Shown here in pieces: positions 35,401 to 50,599 of a DNA stretch of 64,000 nucleotides. Every line of letters begins with the position of its first letter. Position 1 is the stretch's first letter. The stretch spans positions 1-64,000 of the forward strand of contig NW_019028994.1 of the NCBI RefSeq assembly GCF_002105155.1, in the 5' to 3' direction. Under the pieces are notes generated by a model, which was given only the letters and a program-made list of their open reading frames with translations, had not been told where the DNA came from and did not search any database. The translations under genes were made by a program, and so were the position numbers. Source of the DNA: Lobosporangium transversale. Its lineage: Eukaryota.

Positions 35401-38400
35401 CTTCATCATCTGGAATAGTCATATTCTCATCAGGAGCTTTGAAATCATCTGCAAAGTCCGGAAACATCTCCTTAAATGTAGCCTCGTCGATCGCATCATC
35501 GTCCATACCCTCATACTTATTGACTCGCTGCTTGTAGAGTGATTCTTGCTCGATCTTCATCTTGGCTGCATGCTCTTCACCTTTAGTCCAAATATCCGTT
35601 ACTTCTGTAAACAGGTCATCCAAAGTATCAATTGAAGGCTTATCAAGAATACCTGTTGCAGCAATTGCACGACGTTGACGCTGAAGTGCAGTGATCAGAT
35701 ACTTTAAGTAGAATGACCAAGGCTTCGTGACAATGCTCTTGCCAAACACAGTGCGTTTAACAACTTGAAGAGTTGCGGGCTGAGTGACCACGTGGAGCGA
35801 GTCAAACTTGTCGTTGTTGTTATGACCCAAGCTTTCCAAGCGATGGTAGTCTGGAACTCGGATAAGGCAAGTGACAATTGACTCTAGTGCCTCGCGATCT
35901 CGAATATAGCTTAACGCTGACGCTGAAGCCACCAATCGCATACCAAATTTGATTTGATAGATTGAAACAATGAGTGGCTGCAAAATATCTCTATAGGCTC
36001 TAAACTTTAGCCCATTACGGCGGATAAATTCGGAAGTCACATCTTGGAACAGCTTTTCTTGATCCAGCTGCGATCCATCTTTGTTGGCACCTTCGATTTT
36101 GTCTATAACTCCCGAGATGGTCTCCTTATTAATCGCAGCCTTTTGAATCTGCCAAATTTGCTTGAATAATTCTTCGAGCTGAGAATTTGAGGGACGCAAG
36201 GCCACATCTATCGCAAAATGTTCAATCTCGTCTTCGATTCGACGCAATTCAGCCAGTTTTTCCAAGATTATGGCGTTCTCATGAGACCCTGTGAAGGAAA
36301 TCTCTATTTCTTGACGGACCTTGATCTCTGTCTGAAGAGAGTCTTGCTTCGTTCGAAGAGCATGAAGCATCAAACGAGGTTTTGCAGTTGGGTCAAGAGA
36401 ATAATCAGGAATATATAATGCAATGAAAGCGAGACCTATGTTGACCCAGGATTTGCCGTGAAGATTCTGGAGTTGAGTATCGATGCTGTTGTTGCTGCTA
36501 TCGTTACTTACTCCAGATTGATAAAATCGAATGCATTGTATCAATTGAGAAATAGCAAGCGCAAGATGACGACCCACTGAAGACGGTTTAAGTGTGATAT
36601 CCGTAGATTTGAAGTGGGACAAGGTTGAAAGAGAAGACTCGTAGGCTTCGCTCTGATGGGCTTCACTGTCCAATGAACTGGCAATGGTATCCAACGCTAC
36701 GCGGTATTGTGTAAAATCTAACTCTGTGTGCACTTGAACTATCACATCGATAATCTATTGATATAAAAGAAAAAATGACTCTAATGTTAAAGAATTGTTA
36801 CTTGAGAAACAGAAATAGCCACAATCCCATGAAAATTAGAGTGACACGTTACCAAGTTGATAGATGAGATCAGGCTGATTAAGGAAGCAGCAACGCGGTT
36901 AATATGCTTGGAAATACGAGCCTGATGGGCCACTAAGGAACGTGTTTGCTCCAATTGAGTATCCATCGTGCTGATAGCTGCCTTCGGTAGAGTGGTTCTA
37001 AAGGAATGATGATACATTAACATAGTGAAAAAAAAAAAAAAAAAAAAAAAAGTTAATAGGCTTATCCAAGTGACTAAACATAATAGGAACCAATGAATCT
37101 ATGGACTTCTTTGATTATACTTACAGATAATTGAAGTAAGCAGCAGTGTTCACACTTTGGAATAACTTGGCGGGACCTTGAAGTGCAAATAACTCACGCA
37201 CATCCTCATTTAAAATTTTCCCGCCAAAAGAGTCAAACTTGGTATCCTTGAATGCATTATTCCAGAGACGCGCATGCCAGTTGTGAAGAACATCCTGAAT
37301 CAACCGATTAAAAAGTGCCTGAGTGTTTTCATTCAAACCTTTATAGTAGCGGCGTATAAAAACAAATTTTTTTATATTAGTAAGCCATTTAATGCTAATA
37401 CACAAAAAAAAATTTTTTTGTGTTTACCTTTAGCATCAGAGTCAAAGACCCATATCAAGCGCTTATGTGGCACAAAGTCGATTGCAGAGCGAGTTGTAGA
37501 TTTCAACGAGAACTCATACAGGGTCCTAATCTCTTCTAAGGTCTTCCTGGATAAACGATCGTTTTGTGGTAATTGTTGTTGCAGTTTTGAAAGCAAGCCC
37601 ATCTCTGCCACTGTGCTTGAAAAATCCATAATGGGGTGCATGAAATTCTCTGTATCCTGAATATTTTTAGATTTGATCTTGGGATATCCTTCAAGTTGCT
37701 TTTGAACACCTTCGATTTGCTTTTGCAAGTGCTATTTTTTTTAGGGAAAAAAGAAAAAGATAAAGAAAATTAGTCTATAGGAGGATATCCATTTCTTCTT
37801 AATCTGAAATATATCATCACTTACAGCTGGGACATGTTTGATCGTTTTAAGCAAAACTGCTCCATTCTCAGGGCTCTGGTCCACAAAGTAAAGTGTCGCA
37901 ATGGCATCGATCAATGTGTCCTTGAATTCGGGAATATTGGCAATCGCCCTAGCTTTTGCCAATACATCTTGGTCTAGGATGGCTTCATCAGACCAGACAT
38001 CGACCGTATGGGCAATCTTGAGTAATTCATGCTCTATAGCGACCAATTCTTCAGATGCCAAAACCGAGGGGTGTAAGCGTCTCCACAAATTCTTCATTAA
38101 TGTTCCTGTGGTCAATACCATGGCTTCAGTCATCACACTGAGACTATGAAATAATGGACCAAAGAATTCTGGAGACAACAATAATAAGAAATCACCGGAT
38201 TCTGACATCAATTTAACCAGAATCATAAGTTCGCCCACGTTGATAGTTGATTCCTGAACAGCATCCCAGATCATGTCACGCTTATCAAGGAACAGATGGA
38301 GTTTCGTAGCCTGGATATATATAACAACATCAACGATCACCGAACGAATGTTAGCTTAACGGTGAAATAGTCATCAATGGTTTCAAAAAAAAGGGGGGGA

Positions 38401-41400
38401 AGAGGTTTGACGCAAACTTACATTCTCATCGCTTGCTCCATTCAACGCTTCAATCCATCGCAAGATGATCATGCGAACAGCCGTGAGACAAGGGCTGATC
38501 TGTGCCACTACCTGATGCTGCAGCGGCTTGTCCCAAAGTTGTTGCTGGTACAAATATGAGATTTGCACAGTGTTTGGCTTTTTGCCCCTCGCTTGTGCAT
38601 AGACTTTAGCTTCAATGTACTCCATCTTCTTGACTCGGATAAAGAGCGCGATCAGACGAGCTACAGACTGATACTCAATCCATACATTCTTCGCTTCCGT
38701 ATTAGTCTCACAAAGTCTGTCGATCGCCCAGAACAAATTCGGGTTCCGACGCATATCAACAGGCTAGGCAAAATTTCCATAAATAAAGTCATTTTGCACA
38801 TTAGGATACTTTTGCTCATTCCACTAAAATGAAAGCTTGCCCACTTTTTTTTTGTCTCACCTGAAATTCCAAAAACTTCTTATTGAGGGCTAGTTTGGAT
38901 GCCAATGCTTCTTTCAGCTCTACAAGACGAGGCATCATAGGACTTTGTGACAATTGATCCAAGATATGATCAGCCATCAGTGCCTGTGCTCTGTTTGTCT
39001 CATTCAAATCATTATTCTTTAACAGATTTTGAAGCCAGGTCTTTCGTAAACAGGCGTCAAAGAGAGAGCTTGTCTCTAAAAAGTAATGAGCTGCAGTCCA
39101 AATCATGGTCGCTGTCGTAATTCCATTAGACTCATCATCCAAGAGTAAGAGATACATCAAGTAGGATCCATCCAATGACACAGTTGCCAATTTTGATTCC
39201 TGAGAAAACATGCGGCCTTCGAGCAAGTGAGGGCAGTTCGTAACTGACAATGTACTCCTAATGCTCATTGATTCCACATCAAATGAAGGCGACGCCTCCA
39301 GAGCATCAACTTTGGGCAGCTCGAACCAGTGATGGGATTCATCATTCTGTTGCTGCATCGCTGCCTTGGGGACACCCTCAAATGTATATACTTGCTGGAC
39401 ACCGTTTCGAAGCGCCATCTCAAGATATTCTCCACGTTGTAGTCTCTCGACCACAAAACGTGTGTAGAGTAACATATCCTTAGCATGAACTGTCTTCCAT
39501 GGCATGGTCAATTTGAAGTAGTCGTGAATGTAACGATGGATTTGGCTGATCTTAGACGGAACACCGGATCCTCGAATGCCGAGCGAGTTTGCAATCTTTA
39601 CTGAATCTTGTATACTGTTGATCCACTCTGCATCCACTAGCGTAATCTCGACTCCACGGTTTCGCATGGCTCTCGAAAGCTCGCCATACCGAGGATCAAC
39701 CGTCATAAATATCCTAAAATTGGGATGCGGACGGATAATCTTAACTTCGCCATCGATTAATCCACGCTCGTTCACCATTAAAGTGCCATTGGGCTCCATT
39801 AATGAATTGAGCCGGTCCAAGACAGAAGGGTTACTCAGGTTGGCATTGTCGATCAACAACCAATATCCATGCTCTAGCGCGTTAATCAACGATCCATCAA
39901 TCCATTCAAATCGTCCGCTAACAGAAGTCAATTCCAAGTTACGCAGAAGCTTGAACTTTTCATCTAACTCTTGAGCATCCTTTTCGAACTCACTCAGCTT
40001 GAACTCTCGGACTAGATACCACAATTGATTCAACAAGGACTCGATTGCATTGTTACGCATCACACGTTCATCTGCAACATGACGTGCCAAAGAAGTTGAG
40101 GTACGTTTTGAGAATTTATCTTGTGAATGAAGCAAGTAAAGACTCTGGCTGACCTCGCGAGCGTAAGCAAGTGTGCTATGCTGACCTGGGATTAACAGCA
40201 TCTCGCGAGAAATACGGCTTGCGAGGCGAGATAGTCCGAAGAGGATATGCTCTTGATGCCGCGCAACATCAACTTGCTCAAACCCACCTAAAAGCTCCAT
40301 AGTGTCGACTCCAGAATTCATCGAAAACTCCTCCAGCTTGTTTCCAGTTAGGTTGGCTAGGAGTCGGACAATCGAGGTTTTACCACTCGAAGCTGGGCCT
40401 GTCAAGATGGCCATCCAATTGACTTCCACACATTTCATTATACCCTCCAATGGTCCAAGGAGCGACTGAAGTAGGTGTAAATCCTTCCCAAGAACATTAC
40501 TTGTATCTCCATGTCGACGGGGAAGAAGCGAATGCCCAACTTGTAAGTGCATTTCGTCCACGTGGAAGTAAGGGGATTTAGTGCGAGTGTAAGGTTGGTC
40601 AAAGATCTTCTCAAACAATGCAACTGTTGCAGCACGATCCTCCTCAGTTCTCATACGCTGTAAGTAGATCAAGTCCAGATGTTCTGCAGGGTCATGATTG
40701 TATCCAAGACCATGGTTAGACATAGTCATCAGCTCCATCCAGCGGAAAACATCGCGCAGGTTGAACTCCCATGGACTGCCCTTACGGCCAAAACTAAGCT
40801 TGACCATCGTCTCTTCAAACATCTGGTAATTGAACTCAATCATTTTCCGCAACATCGAGTCTTCAACTTGAGGAAACAGGTGCTTACAGATAAAGAGGAT
40901 GTCGCTATCCAAGAGTTGCTCCACGAAGACCTGTGTGAAGCGGTTTACGAATGACTTGGGCAGCCCTTTACGACCGCCTCCTTGTTGCAGAGGGTTCTGC
41001 GCTGCAAAGACTCGGAAATTCATGTTACACTCGAATGTTCTGTCTAGCTCTGGGATATAAACCGACCCACGATGGTCTAGACAGGAATTCAAGCCCTCGA
41101 GCACACTCTGACTTGCCAAATTGATTTCATCGAGCAGCACCCAGTCACCACTCTTCATTGCTTGCAAGAACGGTGCGTCTCTCCAGGCAAACTCGCCACT
41201 ATTTCCACCTTCGACTGGTAGATCAGATCCAAACAAATCCATTAAATCAGTCTGCTCTGACAAGTTAATCCTAACCAAGTTGTGCGCAGAAGCTGTCGCA
41301 AGAGCAGAGATGAGTGATGTCTTCCCTACACCAGGTGAACCCTCCAAAAGGATGGGTTTCTTAAGCTGCATCGCACGAAGGACTCGCATGGCATTGTCGG

Positions 41401-44400
41401 TTGTAGTGGGTGCCAGCAGCGTAAACTTGATTTTTTGGTCTTGTAGGTTTCCCTTCTTAATGTAAAACGGGGTGATTCCAAAGAGTCCACTGTCATTCTT
41501 AACTGTGCCAAAGCCCTCTGTAAAGATTGCAGCCTCACCCTGTTGCAAGACCTGTTCATTCTTACTCAATGCCATTAAACACTTGAGACGGAACTCTCTC
41601 AAAAGAGCTCCTGTCATGGATGCACCTCCAGCAGAAGCATTCGATCCAAGGCCATCCAAGAGGACCAAGCTTCCTCCATGAACGAATGCCTCCTCAGCTG
41701 TCAATTGGCCCTTAGCCATCAATGCGTTCATAAAGCGAACCCAAGCCAGGATATCTCTCAAGCTGACCACAATATGACTCTTACCCAACTCATGTGTGAA
41801 CCAAGTAACAAAGTCAAGAATCCTTTCTGCAAAGCCCGCCATCTCAGCCTTGTATTGGATTTGCTCCTCAATGATCTTGACCAAATCTTCGCGGTCTGTA
41901 ACAGCGGGGACCCAGATCTCCGTGAAACGGTTTCGGAGGGCAGGCGACAGTTCTTTCTTACCATAGTCTCCACCAGGGTTCATGGTAGCCAGAAACTGGA
42001 AGCCAGGGACTCCATTCATGACCTCAACTGTCTTACCTCCCTTCTCTGCCAAAACCAGCAAACGTTGTGGTTCTAGAACACTGTTCAGACGCTCCAGTAC
42101 CGAATCGTCTGCCAACGAAATCTCATCCAGCAAGAACAAATGACCGTCCTTCATTGACTGAACCAAAGGACCGTCATGCCACTCAAACAGTGTAGTTGCT
42201 TGGCGGTACATGCGACGGAGCTCTGCTATGACTGCAATGACTTCAGCTCCATCTTCTGTAGTTCGACTCTCAAGTTGATTAACTTTGACAAATTTCTCAA
42301 ATGCAGTGACTACCACATCCAAGTCTGCTTCATCCAGCACAAATGTTACTTCGCCTCCCATCTTGACAATAAAGTTGACAAGCTCATTCTTAGTAGACAC
42401 AACCATACCCTGATTATTTCGAACTGGGCGTTGGCCTCCTAAAAGGTCCGCAGTTTCTGTGTTCTGATGACAGTTGACGATCACCAGTTCGCGGCCCAGA
42501 TACTCGGACAACATCTGACAAACTGTGGTCTTACCACATCCAGTCTCTCCAACAAGCAACACGGGCTCATTATTCTTGAGGCAATGGCTCACCAACGTGA
42601 AGAGACGCTTCATGGCTTTGGTCCAAACCACATTCTCGCGTCCACCATGGAATCTCTGCATATAATCCAAGACCTCGGGGCAGTTATACATGCGATCCAA
42701 ATTAATTGTGCTTCGCATCACTTCCTCCAAGACCTCCTTGACCACAGCTCGCTCTTCATCTTTACGACATCTTTCTGCCAAAATCATGTATCCATCCTGA
42801 GCTAGTTCCTCATAGCTGCCTGCACCTCGTCCTGCCCATCGGAACAAATCTCGTAGTGTGATAAATCCATGTCCCTGTTCAAACAGTCGGGTGGTCTGGC
42901 GACGAGCCATCAGTTTCTTGTAAACTTCTACGAGGCGTTTACAATATGAAGGAGCCATCGTACAACGACGAGACAGGATAGTTTCCAGCTCGGCCTCTGG
43001 GATCTCATCAAAAAATAGTTCCAGAAATCGGTTCCTAAAGGCTCTTGAGAGTTGCTTGCGTCCCCCATACAATCCCGCTGGGTTCTGAGTCGCAAACAGT
43101 ATAAAATCCTGATGAGGCTTCACAATCTCACCTGTTTCAGGGATCACTAACTCTCGATTATCATCCAACAATCGATTCAGAGCCTCAAGAACATCACTAG
43201 GAGCCAAATTGAGCTCGTCCAATACAATCCAGTATCCATTTTTAAGTGCTTCCACTAAAACACCTTCTTGAAAAACGAGCTGTCCCTCCGAATTAGAGAT
43301 ATAAGTCCCAATGTACTCTTGCAAATCCGTATGCTCATGATTGTTAATTCGAACAAACTTGTGGCCCAACCGATGTGCCAGATATTCAATCATAGAGGTC
43401 TTTCCTGCAGAAGTAGGACCTTGAATCAAGATTGGGAATCGACGTGTCATGACCACACGAGACAAATTATTGAGGTTGTGCTCCACAGATGGCGTCAAAA
43501 TATACTGCCCATCATCTCGAATCGGATGAGAGCCGCATTGGAGCCAGAAATGACCAAATTGGATCATCTCTCTTCCTTCTTGAAGAGGATAATCTGGCTT
43601 GCGTGGGATCTGAGTGATGACTTGACGTGGGTTCTTGACACCGTTCAACAAATACTTCTCGACCAATGCTCGGACAGTTCGCTCACTTTCTCTGCTCAGC
43701 TGAGTCAAAAAGGTCATACTGAAAGCTTCATACATCGATCGACGCAATCCATATGTGGCCACGATCTCACGAACAAACTGTAAGGCCCTTGTTAATGTTC
43801 TCATTGAGAAATGAGGCCGTTGATTAGCACCATCTACCAACTTGTGTGCATAACTTAAAGCCTTGACTGCCAAATAAAAATCCGCAATGTCGGGGATGGC
43901 TCTTGAATCGCTCAGTGTACAGGATTCGAGATATTTTTTGATGATTTCCAACAGATCCTCACGTCTAGCATCTGGTGGATGGACATAAAACTCTGTGAAC
44001 CGATTCCGTAAACCTGGAGGCAAATCCCGTTTGCCTACATCTGTTGCAGGATTCATACAGGCAAACACACGGAAGTTCTTGTGACGGACTACCGGTTCAG
44101 AATCTCCTCGTTCTGCCAAGAGAATGCTGCCATGTTCGTCCTGAAGCAATCCACTAAGACATTCTAGCGTTTCGGTCGTCGCCAAGTTGATCTCATCCAA
44201 CAAAATCCAGTCTCCACGACGGACTGCCTTGACAAGTGCACCCTCCAAGAATGAGAACACGAATTTTGCAGACGACACAGAATAAGTTTCTTTGAGAATC
44301 GCGAGCTGATCTGCAAATGTTTGCCATTCTCTTTGAAGTTTGGGTGAAAGCTTCTTTGATGCTGTGCTCGCTGCTGTTGTCGCTCCTACTGCTGCCGTAC

Positions 44401-47400
44401 TGTCGACATTTGTATCAACATCTCTTTGTTGTTTCCTACTCGTGTCTAGTTTACTCTCTGCCATCTGAATCGACTGTGACCAAGCCTTGATCAATGCATC
44501 CCATTTGCTGTGCATATAGAGCTTATCGACTAGGTTTATGAACTGCTGATTTTTCTTTCTTGAAAACGTTCTCGAAAAGAGATCATCAAACATGTTCTTC
44601 AATGGTACTGCAAGGACCTTCACATCCACAGGTTTAAATCCTCCCAATAGATCTGAAGAATCTGATTGTTGAGATAAATTAATGACTGTAAGGTTATGGT
44701 TCAACAAACTGGCTAGATGTTGAACTACAGTTGTTTTTCCCGTTCCAGTTTCACCAACCAATAACACTGGTTCGTTTAAATGGACCGAAACTGCAATCCG
44801 CTCCATTAGTTTTGCAGCATGTGCAGTCTTCGCGAAATCTGATTTTCTTATTCCTTTCTTGACTTTACGATGACTTCCCCCTTGATCAATACCCAAGATT
44901 GGAAGTGTCACGCGGCCGATCGTAATATTGTCTGGGTCGCGATCATTGAGTTCTGGTGTATAGCTGTTGATATAATGTCGAACCATTTGCTCTGGAATCG
45001 TCAAAGCAGCACCTAATCGGACCAAGACTCGCTCCCAAACATCATATTCTGCAATCATGGAACAGAAACAGTCCACGGCTTCTGAGAACAGATCTTGAAG
45101 AATCTTTTCATCCACTCCTCTCTTAGTACTGATCAGGTTCCCTAACGCCATGAACCCCCCTTTCGCCTTGATTAAAGTATCTATACGAGTACACCACTTC
45201 ATCAAATCACGAGGCGAAATAACGCGAGAAACCATGGATTGAGAGGATGAGAACTCTGATGATGCAAAGGTAGCGGAGATGGCTTCAAAGACATGCATGA
45301 TCAAGTTGGGCAGAATTTGATCAGGTCCTAGCTCCTGGAACCGTTCATGGATAATTTGAGATAACTCCTGATGCGAAAGCGAGTTGACCTGAACGCGTGT
45401 CCAGAGGTTGGCTCCAATACTAGCATCAGCCCCGCCGACATTACGTGCCATTAATCGCCCACCACCCGAACGAGATGGAATCATGGATTGAGTCGCGAAT
45501 AGCTGAAATCCCTCATGAGCAGGGATCTTTTCGCCACGACTAGGGATAAAAAGTGTCCTGGATTCCAGTAATGGAAGGAGAACTGATAGAACTTCCATGG
45601 GGGCTAAATCGATGTCCTCGATCAACAGCCACTTTCCTTCCCTGACAGCCGTCGTAAGCACGCCTGCTTGCCATTTAAACGATCCTGGTTTTGAAGTGGA
45701 GACATATGTACCCAATAGTACTTTTGAATCTGTTTGATCGCCCAAATGGATCTTGACAAGATCTTTGAAGAAAAAAAAAAATTAAAAAAATTAAAAATAA
45801 AAAGAAAAAGAAAATAAGTAATACTGAAATATCATTAATCCACTGCAACTTATAAAAAAGGACAGAAGTAACTTTTTATACCATCACGACCGGTCACTCT
45901 GGCAACTTCTTCTACTAGTGCAGTCTTTCCAGCACCTGTGACACCCTCTAATAAGACGGGTGCGCCAATTGAGAGCGCGAGTCCGATAGAATGTAGATTA
46001 TGTTTTGTGGTTTCTGTCAAGACTAGTTTATGGCCCGACAATAATGATTGTTGAGGATGTGGATTGTTGGATCTTGGCAGGAGTACACCACAGAGGTTGA
46101 CTGTCAATGGTGAAAGATCTTCAACCATGATACGTCGATCCGCTAATGATGCAGTGGATGATGATAATGATGTCGACGTTGGTGGATTCTTGAATAATGC
46201 AAGTTGAGCCGCTGAAATCCGATCCTGCTCCAGTAGACTGAACAATTTCAAGTCATAACGAGTAATATAAAAGTAAAAAGAACATTCAAGTTAGATACCT
46301 CTCTTCCTTCTTCCATCCCTGTGAGCAATGACAAGCAATAATAACTATACATCAATCCTCTTCCTCTCCCTCTTTAATTCAGACATAGACACTTACGACA
46401 ACAGATCCGCGCGATACTTTTGGAATCCGACGCTCCATTCAATACTGTCCTTGATATTCAAGTGGACCTTTAGGGCTTCCGATATCTGATCGTCCCGAAT
46501 ATCAAGCACAACTGCTAAACATTGGATCGCCAAATATTTTAATGGCTCATCACTGAATCCCAAACAGCTATAAACCGGTGTCCAATCCCACAACGTCGAA
46601 AATGTTGACGATGAGAATTTCAAAAGTCGATAACAAGTCATCAATGTATCGTGAGCTCTTTTTATTTCATCCTATATACAAGGAGAGGACAAGACAATGA
46701 TTATTAATAATTTGTGCGATCCATAGAGTATCCGTTTGAGAAACATGAAAACACTGGATTTTTTTTTCTTTACATAATAATAATAACTATAACAATATAC
46801 CTGTTGAGGATCCTGAATGTGTTTGTCTGTAAGTGTATTGAGCCATTCCAGTGGCGATGGATATTGTAAAAATATACGAACTGCAAAGCTATTCATTTTG
46901 GAAACAAGAGGGCAATGGAATGAAGTGGACCATGGTTTAGTAATTAAAGTTGTTTTTCACCCAAAACCCAAATCTTTCTTAGTTTCTTTTCTTTCTTTCT
47001 TTCTTTTTTTCCTTTTCTTTTTTTCCAATACCTCTTAACTTGTGGAACTATAGGAAGGATCAGCCCAAAGACCTGTGCAATCCTTTGTAGGTCCTGCTGT
47101 AATGAAAAATTTGTAGGAAATGAATCAATGTCTGTGATTGAGTCTATGTTATCAGTGTCCATATTCATCTTGGGTGATGATGCTGCTGAAACTGATGCTG
47201 AAACTGATGCTGATGCTGATACTGATGCTGATGCTGATGTTGATGTTGAAACAGAGTCTGGAATCATCCATCGAGCGACCAGATCAAGGACAATAGGTCG
47301 ATACAATTCTACGATCTTTATTGCCAAATGCTGGTTCTTAAGCAGGTTCGACAAAATGTTGAGCACTTGTGAAATCTCTGAACGTTGAAAAGGGTTTGAT

Positions 47401-47591
47401 CGATCAGCCAAAGCATGCAGTAATTGGAGTTGCGATGCAGTCATAACTTTGTTATTGTATGAGGCCATTTCTTTGCCCTTCTCCTTGAAGGTATCCAAAA
47501 ACTCAAGAAAGTTTGTGGTTGCAGCCGCGAGATCCATGCTGAGTGGATCATGGATAGTTGACACTGAGGTGAAAGGGCCAGAAGATGCCAT
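29432..47591 (-). CDS. MDN1: Midasin (Rea1), AAA+ ATPase for 60S ribosome biogenesis; multi-exon
   Basis: Six AAA modules (GVTGAGKT, GETGTGKT, GPTSAGKT, GETGCGKT, GSPGVGKT, GPASSGKT), a long linker, a D/E-rich region and a C-terminal MIDAS domain (IAIDDSTSM..IISDG). Small internal exon boundaries are not all resolved. Confidence 0.97.
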
Positions 47592-48010
47592 GATTTAATA
47601 AAGATGAAGTGAAAAGTAAAAGTTTTTTTTTATAGTGTGTGTGAAGAGATTAAAAGATGAATGCTATGAATAGTAAATGATATGCAGATGATAGTGTGAT
47701 AAAAATGAAATGAAATATGAAGGGTCTTTTTCCTGCTTATACTATTGCTCTTATTCTTCCTTTCTAGTTTTTCTAGTCTTTGTGCGCAGACGAAGAAAAA
47801 AAAAAAAAAAAAAAAATGAGAAGGAAGGAAAGAAGGAAGGAAGCATAAAAAAGCAAGGTGCAAAGTTCAAGGGAACCTTTCTAAATAATTAGACCAAGTG
47901 ATTTTTTTTTTTTTTTTTTTTATTGTGGCGCATGCTGAAATAAAAACATAAGAGTGACTGGTTTATTAAAACACATAAAAAAACTACTGAAAAAAAAAAG
48001 TAATTAGGCT

Positions 48011-49616
48011 TCACTGCGCCTTTGCCTTCGATACACCACTGGCAGTGCTACTACTTGGCCTGTACTTGGGAAGCAAATAGAACTTGTAGATGGGATACAC
48101 AGTGAGTAGTGTCAGGAACACCATCCAAAAATAAATAACCGGCTTGGGTGCAGGATCAGGAAACTCTCCTTGGCCAAACTTGAAAACGATTAACACTTCG
48201 GTTGCAATATTGGCGATCAACAACCAAGCCTGTGGCCCAATGCGCTTGCAATTGCTATTACACAAAGCGAAAGGAAATAAACCAATAGAGTATGAGTAAT
48301 GGCATATCCTAGATTAGATATGTAATCACAGATCTCAAATACAAGACGCTACTTACGCATCGTGGAAGTACTGATAAGCCTCGCGCACACCAGGGATCCC
48401 GAACATAAAGAAGGCAAAGATTCGAATCACATTGATGATATGTGCGGGAGGAATCCACAGTAACGTCTTAAGGTAGAATGCGTTCAACTCGCAAATTAAG
48501 AACTTGAGAATGAGAGTTGTAGAAAGGAAAAGAGGTCTCTGTGAGTACGATACAAGAAAAGCACAATGTACAGACTAGCAAGAGTTCCGGGTGAGGATCC
48601 TGATTGATCTCTTTACCATAGTGAGTAGAAAGATAACAGTACAATAACTCTTAAAGTTCTTGGTGGAATTCCATTCAAACTTCGTCCAGGACTTTGGTGT
48701 GAACTGCTGCATCGTGCGCTTCATCTTTCCCTTGATGGTTGGGATATCTGACCATCCTTGCCAAGAATACTGCTTCATCTCAAAGTACTCACAGGTCTTG
48801 ACACCCAAGTACATGCCCAACCAGTTGCAAAGTAAAACATCCAGAATCCACTAGCAAAAGCAAACAAACAAGGTAAAAATAGCTCTGCTTAATTAAAATG
48901 ATGGGTCAGGGACAATTAGCAAGAATGAGATCGTAGAGCAGCAACAAAAAAAAACCTACATGGTCCCACCAGCACTCGTCAAAGTTGTTGAGCTGGTGCG
49001 AGAGCGAATATTCCATGACTTCGAACATGATTGACAAAATCCAACAGAAAGTGTAGTCACGTATGATCAACGCCTTACAGAACCATCCGATAGCATGAGC
49101 AAGGACAAACTCATCAAATACTTGACCCTACATTAAGAAGTAATATAATAAAGGATCCCAGATGGCGGGAAGAGACAAGAAAAGGATATATCAAAAAGAT
49201 ACGAGATGAATGAATTCTCCTCACATAACATTCAGAATGGAAGAAATGCTCTCTGACCAACTGAAAAGGCCATAAATCAAGATGCTAAAAAAAAAAAAAA
49301 AAAAAAAAAAAACGGGGGAAGGGGAGGGCCAATGAGGGCCTTGCACCTACCACAACGTTGTCCCAAGTCAATTCACAGGCGTCGCCATATGATTTTTCGG
49401 GCAATGGAACACCAAGAGACGGATCAAGATACTTGAAGAACATTCTCGCATCATGCTTGTTCTAGTAGGTGTAACAATGTTTAAGTCTGTTTAAGTTTGT
49501 GTTCCCTCGTTTGATCATCGACAACATAAACAAATGATGCGAGAGTGAGAGTGGGAAAGTTGTAAACTACAGATGACGAAAAATATAGAATGGTCCAGCA
49601 ACTTCTTATCTTTCTA

Positions 49617-49648
<32 letters not shown>

Positions 49649-50386
49649 CCACTGTTTTACCTGGAAAAGTAGAAAGACGAGAAAGAGCTGATACACGACA
49701 CCTAAAGCCAAGACAACTCGCCAGAGAGCAGGATGGGGTCTCAGTAGTAAACTGTCTCGGAATTGAAGCATACCGAAGACGCAAAAGGATCCAATTGCTG
49801 CTGTCACACCACTAATTTGGCAAGGATGAATCGGAAAAGAAGGGGAAGACCTCTGTCATCAGTATATTAAATGTATTAAGTAAGCACTTTATGAAAGCTT
49901 TTATGAGAAAAAGGACTCGTACAGCTTCACGTTTGCACTTGTATCATCAATATCGGGAGTCATCGCCACGTAGACAAGACCGAGCAACATGGCTCCGAGG
50001 ATGGTAAGAGTTCTTGGCGTATCTATTAGTCAATAATAGCACCGTAAGGTATGTTAGATTCCCTAGTTCCTGGATCTGATATCACTGGAATTTGTTTTGC
50101 CATACTAAGTGTCCTTTTTTTTATTAGCATAATAATCATTACAGAAGAATCCTACGGCAGGGTCCTGCTCCGTATGTGTTTTTTGAAACTGAACCGAAGT
50201 GTCTTTAGTGAACCATTCAGGCTTATCGTCAAGTGAAGAGGATGCATCCGAAAGAGTAGACAATGCAGACGAACTGGATGCCTGGCGTGACTTGAGGAGA
50301 GTAGACCGAAAAGTCATCTCTGCATGAACATGGTCATGCTCTTCACTTGTGGAAGCATTCGAGAGGTGATCCTGTGAGATGGTCAT
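48011..50386 (-). CDS. Base-exchange phosphatidylserine synthase (PTDSS1/2-like, PSS family); multi-exon
   Basis: RPHPALWRVVLALGVVYQLFLVFLLFQ; DEFVLAHAIGWFCKALIIRD..SIMFEVMEYSLSHQLNNFDECWWDH|WILDVLLCNWLG; ELNAFYLKTLLWIPPAH. Likely start ATG at 50386. Confidence 0.92.
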
Positions 50387-50454
50387 TGTATAAAAACTCT
50401 CTCTCTCACACCCTTTTTTGTTGTTGTTGTTCTGCTGTTCTGCTGTTCTTCCGA

Positions 50455-50490
<36 letters not shown>

Positions 50491-50568
50491 GGAATTGTTC
50501 TTCCTGTGAATCCAACAATTAACGAATGAGAAAAGAAATAGACGAGTGAGAAGTTGATTGAATCAATA

Positions 50569-50599
<31 letters not shown>

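Noticed and set aside
30259..43783. Many alternative-frame and antisense ORFs within midasin (and similarly within the Rtt106-like and arrestin genes)
   Set aside because: Shadow ORFs caused by codon bias in acidic or low-complexity coding regions.
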